A stretch of 64,000 bases of DNA from Gammaproteobacteria bacterium (lineage in GTDB: Bacteria > Pseudomonadota > Gammaproteobacteria > Steroidobacterales > Steroidobacteraceae), in assembly GCA_003134045.1 (NCBI GenBank), contig PLAH01000125.1, forward strand, positions 31,828 to 95,827, read 5' to 3'. The notes under the pieces were generated by a model, which ran no database searches, was not told where the DNA came from, and saw nothing but the letters and a program-made list of their open reading frames with translations. The position numbers and the translations under genes were made by a program. How positions within the stretch are numbered: the stretch's first letter is position 1; each line of letters starts with the position of its first letter. Shown one piece after another: positions 46,609 to 54,902 of this stretch.

Positions 46609-46647
46609 AGTGACTTTAGTCACTGCGCGATCGTGACTTTCGGCACT
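46609..46647. promoter_or_regulatory. Two copies (23-bp offset) of the AGTGAC-N4-GTCACT palindrome upstream of the BON-ClC unit
   Basis: AGTGACTTTAGTCACT 46609-46624. CGTGACTTTCGGCACT 46632-46647. They lie 89-127 bp upstream of the BON start (46520, minus strand). Confidence 0.7.
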
Positions 46648-46925
46648 AGCTATTCTCACCCCCGTGTCGTTGGATGATGCTGCCGGTTCGTTCAATGCGG
46701 GGAAAGAAGGCATCGATGCACCCGGAACGCCGTTGGGGAGCACCCTGAACGGAAAGAGAGACTGTGCTCGTGCTCAGGTGCCTTTGCGGAGCACGCCGCC
46801 GGGTTTAGTCGCGCCCTGTCCGAGCACATGGCCGGCGCCCTTCGCGCCATCACAGAGGGTACATCGCTGTTCATAGACCGCGCTGCCGCGTCCGGAGTCG
46901 GCTGCCATCTCCGGCTTCGGCAAAT

Positions 46926-47144
46926 TTGGGATATCCGCGCCCCGAGGATATCGAGTTTCTAAAGCCGACTCCCGGAGTCGGCGACGCCAAGGTGCGCTTG
47001 GCAGACGGCGAGGTGACGATCAATTTCAATGAGCGGCGAATTTCGGTGGCGCAGCTAACCGCGGCGGTCGAAGAGGCAGGATATGAAGTGGATGGCGCCG
47101 GCCCCGTCCATACTCACCAAGCGCGAGGTGGTTACCTCAACTGA
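46926..47144 (+). pseudogene. Heavy-metal-associated (HMA) domain, C-terminal half only
   Basis: Track ORF with a TTG start. PGVGDAKVRLADGEVTINFNERRISVAQLTAAVEEAGYEV matches the second half of an HMA fold. No in-frame GMxCxxC N-terminus. Another frame upstream reads SGAFAEHAAGFSRALSE, HMA-like but with both Cys positions as Ala. Confidence 0.35.
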
Positions 47145-47165
47145 CGGGACCGCGATGCGGTGTAT

Positions 47166-48137
47166 CTATCGAAGGAGTTTTCGCGGCTTGTGCGGTTGGT
47201 TGATGAGCGACACTGGCTTAGTTCCGGCATCCCATTGTTCGACCACTTTGGCGATGTAACTCAGCGTGCCACTCAGCGTGAGATCCGTGTCACCGGCGAT
47301 ATGGGGCGTGATGAGCGCCTGTGCAAATCCCAGCAGGGGATTATCCGATTTCGCGGGCTCCGTGCGAAGTACGTCCAACCCGACCGCCGAGATCCGGCCG
47401 CTGCGCAACGCCGAACAAAGGGCGTCCTCATCGACCACATTGCCACGTGCGACATTGACTAGGATCGCGCCGGGTTTCATTGCGTCCAGCACCGACGCAT
47501 TGATCAGATTCTCATTCTCATGGCTACCCGGAACGCAGATCACCACGTAGTCCGCGGGGGCGATGGCGCGCTTCAATTCGTTCGCGAGATAGACGGTAAC
47601 CCCGGCGGGTGGCAGAGCGAGGTCTCCGTTGGTCGCGATGAGGGTCACCCCAAATGGGCGCAAGCGCTCGACGAGGTGTCGACCGATGCTTCCAAGCCCA
47701 ACAATGCACACCGTCTTGCCGCTGAGCGCCTGATGGGATGTACTGGATGCGGTAGCTTGATCTATGTTGGAACGGAGAGCCGCGACGAGATGTCGCGATG
47801 CCCCGATGAGCAACATCACGGCAAATTCGGCGACCGACGCGGCGTTACCGGTAAGGCCGGCCGGCGCATTGGACACCCAGATGCCCATTTCGCTAGCAGC
47901 ATCCACGTCGATCGACTCAAATCCGGCGCTAACCGTTTGTACGAGCTCAAGCTGTGACAACGGCTCCAGTTGTGCACGTGCAAGCGCACCCAGCGCAAGT
48001 ACAACGCGAATATCTAGGGCCGGTGCCGTGTTCTCCAAAGGCCACGAAAGGAGTTCGTGGCCTACGAGTACAGCGGTGAGCCCCCGCAATAGCTGCGAGG
48101 CGTGCTCACTCTGGGGATGACGAAATGCCATTTTCAT
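47166..48137 (-). CDS. D-isomer-specific 2-hydroxyacid dehydrogenase family, NAD-binding
   Basis: Track ORF 47166..48221 trimmed to MKMAFRH (ATG = complement 48135-48137). GKTVCIVGLGSIGRHL Rossmann motif, NVARGNVVDEDAL, ITPHIAG catalytic His. Confidence 0.8.
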   Translation of the reverse strand: MKMAFRHPQSEHASQLLRGLTAVLVGHELLSWPLENTAPALDIRVVLALGALARAQLEPLSQLELVQTVSAGFESIDVDAASEMGIWVSNAPAGLTGNAASVAEFAVMLLIGASRHLVAALRSNIDQATASSTSHQALSGKTVCIVGLGSIGRHLVERLRPFGVTLIATNGDLALPPAGVTVYLANELKRAIAPADYVVICVPGSHENENLINASVLDAMKPGAILVNVARGNVVDEDALCSALRSGRISAVGLDVLRTEPAKSDNPLLGFAQALITPHIAGDTDLTLSGTLSYIAKVVEQWDAGTKPVSLINQPHKPRKLLR

Positions 48138-48213
48138 AGAACAGTCCTCGACCCTCAGTGCTGATCCTACCGATCGCGGCAAAACAAAGCTACGGCTGCT
48201 CCGGGCGCAATGT

Positions 48214-48438
48214 GAGTTCAATCTCGCAGGCTCAGCGGCTTATACCATCGTTTACGTCCTGCTCGGGTATTTTTTTGGCAAGCAGTGGAAACTCCTTCAA
48301 GCATGGTTAGGCCCGACAGTGCTCTACGCGATCCTGGCGGGAGTCGCTCTTATCGTTCTTGGTTTCGCCTTCCGACAGACGATCTTCCGATATGTCGCAC
48401 GCCTTTTTTCCAGGGACGAAAATGGAAAACATGAATGA
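48214..48438 (+). pseudogene. DedA-family membrane protein, C-terminal remnant
   Basis: My translation of the frame starting at 48241: YTIVYVLLGYFFGKQWKLLQAWLGPTVLYAILAGVALIVLGFAFRQTIFRYVARLFSRDENGKHE, stop at 48436-48438, preceded by FNLAGSAA. Matches the DedA C-terminus (FNxxG...LGYxxG). No start codon, and no N-terminal ~130 codons. Confidence 0.55.
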
Positions 48439-48439
48439 A

Positions 48440-48817
48440 TGAACGCTGTGGAAAGGAATCGAGAGCGTCGCGACCAAGCTCCTTCATTGCGCTGCAGCGG
48501 CGCAATTTGAACGCGAACGGTTGGCCGAGACGCCGTGCTTCAAGGCTAATGTGCGGTGGCGTCCAGACAGACTGCCTCGCGCATGCTTCAATATCTCCCG
48601 CAAGCTGGCAACGGAGATTCTTATGTATATCGGACGCGGGATTCTCGGAACCCTCTTCGTCGTCGCGCTCGTCGTGTGTACGAGAGATCGCTTGTAGAAG
48701 CTGCCGAAGTATAGCCATAGCGAGCTGGTCGCCGCGATACTTGGTCGGCAGACGACGGAAGGTGCGCCATGGCGCAAACTCCATCACCTGGGCGAAGACG
48801 AGCTTGCGTGCGTACAT
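48440..48817 (-). mobile_element. IS4-type transposase remnant (DUF4372-like N-terminus, then frame decay)
   Basis: Track ORF 48350..48817(-) begins MYARKLVFAQVMEFAPWRTFRRLPTKYRGD, the typical N-terminus of DUF4372/IS4-family transposases. GDIEAC further on echoes the conserved LRDIEAC. The rest has no DDE domain, and I identified no terminal inverted repeats. Confidence 0.5.
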
Positions 48818-48940
48818 CCAGATCTCCCGGGGAAATCCCGGCAGACTGCGTTTCTTGGCCTCCGTCGTTCAAGTCGTTAACACCTGGAAATCTTATGAAA
48901 CCCTTGAAAATACAGACTTTTAGCGAATCCGGCTTCAAAC

Positions 48941-49405
48941 GTGCCGGACATTAGTGGTCGCTTGGCCACCGTACTATTGAGTATCGGCCTCATAGCCGCC
49001 TGCCAGACGTCGAAAGAGAGAGTGGCGAGACACGAGGACAACCTGGCCGTGGCGGGCTTCCTCGTTCGACCTGCCAACACGCCGGAACGTCAAGCCATGC
49101 TGGCCCGGCTACCGGCACACAAGTTCGTGCGACATGCGAAAGGCGACAACATACAGTACGTGTATGCGGATCCGTCGGTCTGCAGGTGCCTGTATGTTGG
49201 CTCGCAAGCAGCGTATGCAAAGTACCAGGAAAACAAACAGTCGGACCAACGCATCAAGGAACTGAAGCGCGATCTCCGGGACCATGAGAACGCGGCCGAG
49301 GACGACGACTTCAATGCACAAGTTTACGACGATCCCGCATGGAACTGGAACGCATGGGGACCTTGGGGTTCAGAGTACGGGTACGGACCCGGGCTGGGTT
49401 GGTAG
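48941..49405 (+). CDS. Hypothetical lipoprotein
   Basis: Track ORF 154 aa (GTG start). Lipobox LLSIGLIAAC. Charged middle region, Trp/Gly/Tyr-rich tail. Confidence 0.55.
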   Translation: MPDISGRLATVLLSIGLIAACQTSKERVARHEDNLAVAGFLVRPANTPERQAMLARLPAHKFVRHAKGDNIQYVYADPSVCRCLYVGSQAAYAKYQENKQSDQRIKELKRDLRDHENAAEDDDFNAQVYDDPAWNWNAWGPWGSEYGYGPGLGW

Positions 49406-49671
49406 GCACTGGAGGTCGATCAGGCCTGGCGCAAAATGTTGGCATCGACCGCGTAACCCAGGCGGTGGATCCGGATCCGCACAACGACGCGCCAATTCAT
49501 CCAGTACCACGGCAAAATCGCCGGATGTTTGAACCGGCGCAATCTCGGGGACCGCGGCGTAGTAGTTAGGGCCCACGCCAGCCGGAAGCAAGATCTCGCC
49601 CCAGGTACCGCGCCATGTCAAAGAGTATTATCGAGCCCTTCTATCGTTCCGCACTACTCATCAGGTGATTC

Positions 49672-49833
49672 ATGAAACATATAAGCAGCTTCTTCCTTAC
49701 CGCAATCCTGATGTCCGGCTGCGTTGCCGGTAGCACCGTGTCGCACGCCGACGACCCCGCAGCGAACAAACGAGACCAAGGGCCGGCTCTGTGCCGTGAT
49801 GGGACGGCTCCGCCTTGCAATGATCGAAATTAG
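49672..49833 (+). CDS. Small putative lipoprotein (53 aa, below the track cutoff)
   Basis: My translation: MKHISSFFLTAILMSGCVAGSTVSHADDPAANKRDQGPALCRDGTAPPCNDRN. Lipobox LMSGC. AGGTGA 3 nt upstream of the ATG. Confidence 0.4.
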   Translation: MKHISSFFLTAILMSGCVAGSTVSHADDPAANKRDQGPALCRDGTAPPCNDRN

Positions 49834-50108
49834 CGAACGCCGATCGCTTCGCACGCAGGCGATGGAGTGAAGCTCAGCATTGACATCATCGCGCACAGGG
49901 CAATCTCAGGATGGAGCGCCAGCTCAAGCCCTTTGGTTTGCCAATATCGGCCTACTGCGACACGCATTCAACGACGAGGCGCTGGCATGGTCCGAATACA
50001 TCGATCCAACGACTATCGTCGATCCGCATGAGTGCAGCGGCCAGCAGCAGCCAGGATAGGCCGGCTGTGGTACGTACAAACTCTTATTGTCGTTCGTCTT
50101 TTGCATAC

Positions 50109-50134
50109 TTGCGCAAATACGCAACCATGCGTAT
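50109..50134. promoter_or_regulatory. Overlapping palindromes upstream of the cyd operon
   Basis: TTGCG-caaata-CGCAA (50109-50124) and ATACGCA-acca-TGCGTAT (50117-50134), 37-62 bp upstream of the cydP-like ATG (50171). Confidence 0.4.
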
Positions 50135-50170
50135 CGTCTTGCCGTCGCCGTATTCCAGCGAGACAGCGTT

Positions 50171-50374
50171 ATGAAAAACTTCTTCGTCAGGCCTGCCCAG
50201 TCGACGCCAGCACCCAGGCCCTCTCGAGACTTGATGATTGCGCTCGCTCTGAAAGGTGCCCTCTTGTTTGCCATCTATCTATTGTGCTTCGGTCCGACGC
50301 ATCGCTTGCCGTCAGACGCTGCCGCGACGGCTGCGGCGCTGATCGGTGCGGCAGCGCCTGAGGAATCTCGATGA
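50171..50374 (+). CDS. Small membrane protein upstream of cydA (CydP-like)
   Basis: Track ORF 50087..50374 trimmed to MKNFFVRPAQ (ATG 50171). One TM helix, RDLMIALALKGALLFAIYLLCF. Its stop overlaps the cydA ATG (ATGA at 50371-50374). Confidence 0.5.
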   Translation: MKNFFVRPAQSTPAPRPSRDLMIALALKGALLFAIYLLCFGPTHRLPSDAAATAAALIGAAAPEESR

Positions 50375-51954
50375 ATTCGTCGAATCTGGTCGAGTTGTCT
50401 CGGTTGCAATTCGCCGCCACCGCGATGTATCACTTCCTATTCGTTCCGCTGACCTTGGGTTTGTCCGTGCTGATCGCAATAATGGAAAGCGTCTACGTCA
50501 TGACTGCGAGACCCATATGGCGCGACATGACGCGCTTCTGGGGAATCCTTTTCGGTATCAATTTTGCCATGGGTGTTGCTACCGGTATCACGATGGAATT
50601 TCAGTTCGGCACGAACTGGGCCTATTATTCACATTATGTCGGCGACATTTTCGGCGTGCCGCTCGCCATCGAAGGACTAATGGCGTTCTTCCTCGAGGGC
50701 ACGTTCATCGGTCTCTTCTTTTTCGGCTGGGATCGCCTGAGCCGCCGCCAGCATCTGTTGGTTACCTGGCTGGTCGCCATCGGCAGCAACCTATCGGCGC
50801 TGTGGATTCTCATTGCGAACGCCTGGATGCAAAATCCCACCGGCGCGCATTTCAACTCGAGCACCATGCGGATGGAACTCGATTCGATTCGGGACGTCAT
50901 TTTCAACCCTGTTGCTCAGTCCAAGTTCGTGCATACCGTAAGCGCCGGATATGTGACGGGTGCGGTTTTCGTACTCGCCGTCAGCGCGTGGTATCTCCTC
51001 AAAGGTCGGCACGTGGAATTTGCCAAGCGGTCGGCGACCGTCGCCATCAGCTTCGGGCTTGCGGCCGCGCTATCCGTGGTCGTTCTGGGTGATGAAAGCG
51101 GTTATACCCTGACCGAACACCAAAAAATGAAAATTGCCGCCGTCGAAGCCATGTGGCATACCGAGCCCGCGCCGGCGCCCTTCACTATCATCGGGATCCC
51201 GGACGCGGCCACGCGCCAGACGCGTGCGCAGATTCAAGTGCCGTGGATGCTCGGGCTCATTGCGACGCGTTCCTTGGATACGGAAGTTCCCGGGATCTAC
51301 GAACTCGTCGATCAGGCGAAAGCGCGGATCATCAGCGGGATTCCCGGCTATACGGCATTGCGTGAATTGCGAAATAACCCGAACGATGAGGCGGCCCGAC
51401 AGACACTGAAAGCGCACGTCGAGGATCTCGGATATGCGTTGCTTCTGCGCAAGTATGTCGCGGATCCTGCAAAGGCAACGCCCGCACAGATAGACCAGGC
51501 GGCCTGGGACACAGTGCCCTCGGTTGGCCCCATGTTTTGGACTTTTCGCGTGATGGTCGGCTTGGGCTTTTTTTTCATCGCCCTCTTCGGCATTGGTTTT
51601 TTTCTCGCCGCTCGCCGCCGAATCGCCCAAAGCCGCACCTTCCTCAAGGTGGCGCTTTGGGCTCTCCCGCTGCCGTGGTGCGCGGCGGAGCTAGGCTGGT
51701 TCGTCGCCGAGCATGGGCGACAGCCATGGGCGATCGAGGGCGTTCTGCCCACTTTCCTGGCGGTATCCCCGATCCCCGCATCGAGTGTCGCGCTCAGCCT
51801 CGCCGGTTTCGTGATGTTCTACACGGTACTGGCCGTGATCGACGTTTTCCTATTGAAAAAGTACGTCAAATTGGGGCCGGCGTCTGACACCTCCCGGCGC
51901 GCGGATGCAACGGACGCCGCTTCGGTTCCGGCGCCGGTCGGCTCACAGCCCTAG
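50371..51954 (+). CDS. cydA: Cytochrome bd ubiquinol oxidase subunit I
   Basis: Track ORF 527 aa. [23 protein letters not shown]-terminus, [14 protein letters not shown] motif. Confidence 0.95.
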   Translation: MNSSNLVELSRLQFAATAMYHFLFVPLTLGLSVLIAIMESVYVMTARPIWRDMTRFWGILFGINFAMGVATGITMEFQFGTNWAYYSHYVGDIFGVPLAIEGLMAFFLEGTFIGLFFFGWDRLSRRQHLLVTWLVAIGSNLSALWILIANAWMQNPTGAHFNSSTMRMELDSIRDVIFNPVAQSKFVHTVSAGYVTGAVFVLAVSAWYLLKGRHVEFAKRSATVAISFGLAAALSVVVLGDESGYTLTEHQKMKIAAVEAMWHTEPAPAPFTIIGIPDAATRQTRAQIQVPWMLGLIATRSLDTEVPGIYELVDQAKARIISGIPGYTALRELRNNPNDEAARQTLKAHVEDLGYALLLRKYVADPAKATPAQIDQAAWDTVPSVGPMFWTFRVMVGLGFFFIALFGIGFFLAARRRIAQSRTFLKVALWALPLPWCAAELGWFVAEHGRQPWAIEGVLPTFLAVSPIPASSVALSLAGFVMFYTVLAVIDVFLLKKYVKLGPASDTSRRADATDAASVPAPVGSQP

Positions 51955-51962
51955 GAGCGACT

Positions 51963-53102
51963 ATGTTCGACTTCGAAACATTGAAGGTCATTTGGTGGTT
52001 GCTGCTGGGCGTGCTGCTGATCGGTTTCGCCGTCATGGATGGCTTCGATTTGGGTGTCGGGATGCTGCTGCCGTTCATTGCGCGCACGGATACCGAACGG
52101 CGTGTGGTCATCAACACCGTCGGGCCCGTCTGGGAAGGCAACCAGGTCTGGCTGATCCTGGGCGGGGGTGCCATTTTCGCGGCGTGGCCGGCTCTCTATG
52201 CCGCCAGCTTCTCCGGGTTCTATTTAGCCATGCTGTTGGTCTTGGCAGCCCTGATTCTACGGCCGGTTGGCTTCAAGTTCCGCAGTAAAATGCCGGGCGT
52301 GCGCTGGCGTGCCAACTGGGATTGGGCGCTCTTCGTCGGTGGCGCAGTGCCTTCGCTCGTCTTTGGGGTTGCCATGGGAAACCTCATCGAGGGTGTCCCG
52401 TTCAGCTTCGATTCGGAACTACGTGCAACCTACACCTTCGGCTTGTTCGACCTCCTAAATCCCTTTGCCCTGCTTTGCGGTCTGGTGAGCGTAGCGATGC
52501 TCACAACGCACGGCGCAGTCTATCTGGCAATGAAAACCGATGGCGATCTGGCGCGGCGTGCACGTACGATTTCTCGTTATGCGGCGCTCGTCTGGGTCGC
52601 CCTGTTCGCACTGGCCGGGATATGGATTTGGAAGAGCGGCTACGGGATTGCGATCGTGACCGGCGCGCTGCCGGGGGGCGAACCCGATCCGCTCGCCAAG
52701 ACCGCCGTTTCCCGGACTGGAGCATGGCTTGCCAACTACGGGAAATGGCCATTGACCATGCTCGTACCCGCGATAGGCCTGGCGGCTCCCGTGCTGGTGG
52801 CGGCGCTCGCGAGCATCCGTCAGCGTCTCGTCGTGTTCACCGTCAGTGGTCTTGGCATCACCGGAGTCATCGGCAGCATGGGCGTCAGCCTGTTTCCATT
52901 CCTGCTGCCTTCATCCTCGCATCCTGGCAGCAGTTTGACGGTGTGGGACGCCTCGAGCAGTCATCGGACACTGGGCATCATGTTGATCGCCGTGGTGATC
53001 TTTCTGCCCATTATTTTGGCGTATACGAGTTGGGTCTATTGGGTCATGCGCGGTCCGGTGACGAGCGCCTACATCGAAGCCAATCGCGACACGAGCTACT
53101 GA
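51963..53102 (+). CDS. cydB: Cytochrome bd ubiquinol oxidase subunit II
   Basis: Track ORF 379 aa. [34 protein letters not shown]-terminus typical of CydB. Confidence 0.95.
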   Translation: MFDFETLKVIWWLLLGVLLIGFAVMDGFDLGVGMLLPFIARTDTERRVVINTVGPVWEGNQVWLILGGGAIFAAWPALYAASFSGFYLAMLLVLAALILRPVGFKFRSKMPGVRWRANWDWALFVGGAVPSLVFGVAMGNLIEGVPFSFDSELRATYTFGLFDLLNPFALLCGLVSVAMLTTHGAVYLAMKTDGDLARRARTISRYAALVWVALFALAGIWIWKSGYGIAIVTGALPGGEPDPLAKTAVSRTGAWLANYGKWPLTMLVPAIGLAAPVLVAALASIRQRLVVFTVSGLGITGVIGSMGVSLFPFLLPSSSHPGSSLTVWDASSSHRTLGIMLIAVVIFLPIILAYTSWVYWVMRGPVTSAYIEANRDTSY

Positions 53103-53111
53103 GGATCTGCC

Positions 53112-53243
53112 ATGTGGTATTTCAGCTGGATACTGGGTCTGGGTCTTGCCTGCGCATTCGCGATTCTCAATGCGATGTGGTTCGAACTGGATGCCGATCG
53201 GCATGCCGGCGATCGCCCGGCCGCCACCACTAATATTTCGTGA
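53112..53243 (+). CDS. cydX: Cytochrome bd oxidase small subunit CydX (43 aa, below the track cutoff)
   Basis: My translation: MWYFSWILGLGLACAFAILNAMWFELDADRHAGDRPAATTNIS. GAGGA upstream. MWYFxWILG...NAxW is the CydX signature. Confidence 0.8.
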   Translation: MWYFSWILGLGLACAFAILNAMWFELDADRHAGDRPAATTNIS

Positions 53244-53281
53244 CGTCATCGGACGCTTGATCGCAGGGAGTTGGTTGGCCA

Positions 53282-53626
53282 ATGCAGATTGATGCACTCA
53301 ACGAATCGGCGGAACGCGCCGCAGAATTTCTGCGCTCGGTCGCGCACCCGGGCCGTTTGCGCATCGTCTGTGCACTCATGGACACGGAACTCTCGGCCAC
53401 CCAGCTGGCACGCCGCGCGCACCTACCGGCTCCGGCACTCTCCCAGCAAGCGGCAATCCTCGAGGCGGAAGGCCTGATTGGGCGGCGGCGCGATGGGCGG
53501 TCCGTGTTCTATCGGCTGGTGTCGCCGGAAATCAAACCGCTCGCCAAGCTGTTGTATCGATTGTTTTGTAGACCGGCGCAGGCCACGGCCGGTCGTCGCA
53601 CCAGGAAAAAAGGAGAGACCTTGTGA
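53282..53626 (+). CDS. ArsR/SmtB-family regulator with a BigR/SqrR-like Cys pair
   Basis: Track ORF 114 aa. wHTH region LSATQLARRAHLPAPALSQQAAILEAEGLI. Cys30 (RIVCAL) and Cys96 (RLFCRP), 66 residues apart. Confidence 0.8.
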   Translation: MQIDALNESAERAAEFLRSVAHPGRLRIVCALMDTELSATQLARRAHLPAPALSQQAAILEAEGLIGRRRDGRSVFYRLVSPEIKPLAKLLYRLFCRPAQATAGRRTRKKGETL

Positions 53627-53967
53627 ATAAGCAGAAGTCACCCATCGAGACCATGGATCCCGCCGAGGTTGCAACGTTGCTGAACGCCGGCAAGCTGCTG
53701 CTCATTGATGTTCGCGAGCCGAGCGAATACGCATCGGAGCGGATTGCCGGGGCGCTTCTCTATCCGCTCTCGACGTTCGATGCAGCCTCGCTGCCCGATG
53801 ACGGAGCGCGGCGGGTGGTCTTTCACTGCGGAAGCGGTAAGCGGTCGCTGACGGCTGCGGAACATCGTCTCGCGGCCGGTCAGAGCCACGCCGCGCACAT
53901 GGGCGGCGGCATAGCGGCCTGGAAAGCCGCTGGCCTACCCGTGCTTACACCCGGAACTTCTCGCTGA
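53623..53967 (+). CDS. Single-domain rhodanese (sulfurtransferase)
   Basis: Track ORF 114 aa. GTG start overlaps the ArsR stop (GTGA), AGGAGA upstream. Active-site loop FHCGSGKRS. Confidence 0.85.
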   Translation: MNKQKSPIETMDPAEVATLLNAGKLLLIDVREPSEYASERIAGALLYPLSTFDAASLPDDGARRVVFHCGSGKRSLTAAEHRLAAGQSHAAHMGGGIAAWKAAGLPVLTPGTSR

Positions 53968-54154
53968 TCCAGGCGCCCGAACATGCCCTAATCGAGGCGC
54001 CAAACGGTTCCGCAACGGCCGACGCGTTTGCCCAGCGCCGGAGATCGACGGCTTTGTCGGCTTACGGCTTCTTTGTGGACATCCTCTCCATCGGTGCTTT
54101 CCGGCAATTCGTCCCGGCGCAGTCGGGCGCCGTGCTGACGTGGCCGCCTCCTTA

Positions 54155-54535
54155 TCAGTTTCTCCGAGCTGATTTGACCTTCGCCCTTTTGACGCGAGTC
54201 TTTGAGGCCGGTGGCGCGCAAAACGCCGAGTAGAGAATTTCCATGATTTTCAGGGCGGGTCCCTGCGCCAGCGCATAATAAACGGTCTGCGACTTCCGAT
54301 TCGTCGTGACGAGCCCGGCGTCGCGCAGAACACCCAAGTGCTGAGAGAGCGATGACTGACTCAGCGGCACGCGCTGATTGATCTCGCCCACCGACAAAGG
54401 ACCATCGATCAAGCAGCACAGCGTCAGGAGTCTCTGGTCATTGGCCAGTGCCTTGAGGAACGTGGCCGCCTCAACTGCATGATCCTGCATGACTTCCAGT
54501 GCAGGAAGAACTCGCTTGTACGTTGCACCCCTCAT
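54155..54535 (-). CDS. ArsR/SmtB-family regulator with a BigR/SqrR-like Cys pair
   Basis: Track ORF 54155..54577 (GTG). I prefer ATG at complement 54533-54535 (MRGATYK). wHTH region LSQSSLSQHLGVLRDAGLV. Cys40/Cys41 (LTLCCL) and Cys106 (SAFCAP), spacing 66/65, numbering close to BigR C42/C108 and SqrR C41/C107 as I recall them. Confidence 0.8.
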   Translation of the reverse strand: MRGATYKRVLPALEVMQDHAVEAATFLKALANDQRLLTLCCLIDGPLSVGEINQRVPLSQSSLSQHLGVLRDAGLVTTNRKSQTVYYALAQGPALKIMEILYSAFCAPPASKTRVKRAKVKSARRN

Positions 54536-54600
54536 TTCCTCTGCTCTCACGCGATGACCTCCTTTTTGGCTATGCACGGACTCTCTATTAATCGGCCTTT

Positions 54601-54611
54601 GCTAATTTAGC
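54601..54611. promoter_or_regulatory. Perfect palindrome GCTAA-T-TTAGC in the divergent ArsR / DUF2892 promoter region
   Basis: Read directly, in the spacer between the two divergent starts. The spacer is 145 bp with the ArsR ATG at 54535, or 103 bp with the track GTG at 54577. Candidate operator only. Confidence 0.35.
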
Positions 54612-54680
54612 AGATGATGATATGGTACGCCACGCGAAAGGCATAAATAGTTATTCGGAACAAGATTAAGGAGACCGAAG

Positions 54681-54884
54681 ATGAGCATTGATCGCTGGGT
54701 GCTGAGATTCGCGGGCACGATGATCCTTCTGAGTGTGCTTCTCGCGCATTTCGTGAGTGTCAATTGGCTTTGGCTCACCGCGTTCGTGGGCGCCAACCTG
54801 CTCCAATCCTCGTTTACCGGATTCTGTCCGCTGGCGATGCTGCTGAAGCGCTTCGGGGTTCAGCCCGGTCACGCGTTCTCCTGA
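54681..54884 (+). CDS. DUF2892 / YgaP-like small membrane protein
   Basis: Track ORF 67 aa. AAGGAG upstream. Two TM helices and the conserved FTGFCPL motif. Confidence 0.75.
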   Translation: MSIDRWVLRFAGTMILLSVLLAHFVSVNWLWLTAFVGANLLQSSFTGFCPLAMLLKRFGVQPGHAFS

Positions 54885-54902
54885 ACAATCGAAGTGTGGA
54901 CC

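Noticed and set aside
46664-46876. Track ORFs 46664..46876(+) and 46692..46874(-) upstream of the HMA fragment
   Set aside because: They are mutually overlapping, low-complexity and without motifs. The region is better explained as decayed HMA sequence plus a leader downstream of the palindromic operator.
49370-49621. Minus-strand track ORF of 83 aa (TTG start), and the gene-free stretch 49834-50086
   Set aside because: No RBS, a non-ATG start, an overlap with the lipoprotein gene's 3' end and no recognisable family. The stretch contains short in-frame pieces (for example LEYGDGKTIRMVAYLRKYAKDERQ on the minus strand) that may be further gene remnants, but I cannot assign them.
53238-53252. 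TGACGTCA (CRE-like) palindrome at the cydX stop codon
   Set aside because: A single 8-bp palindrome overlapping a stop codon, with no second copy or known cognate factor in context.
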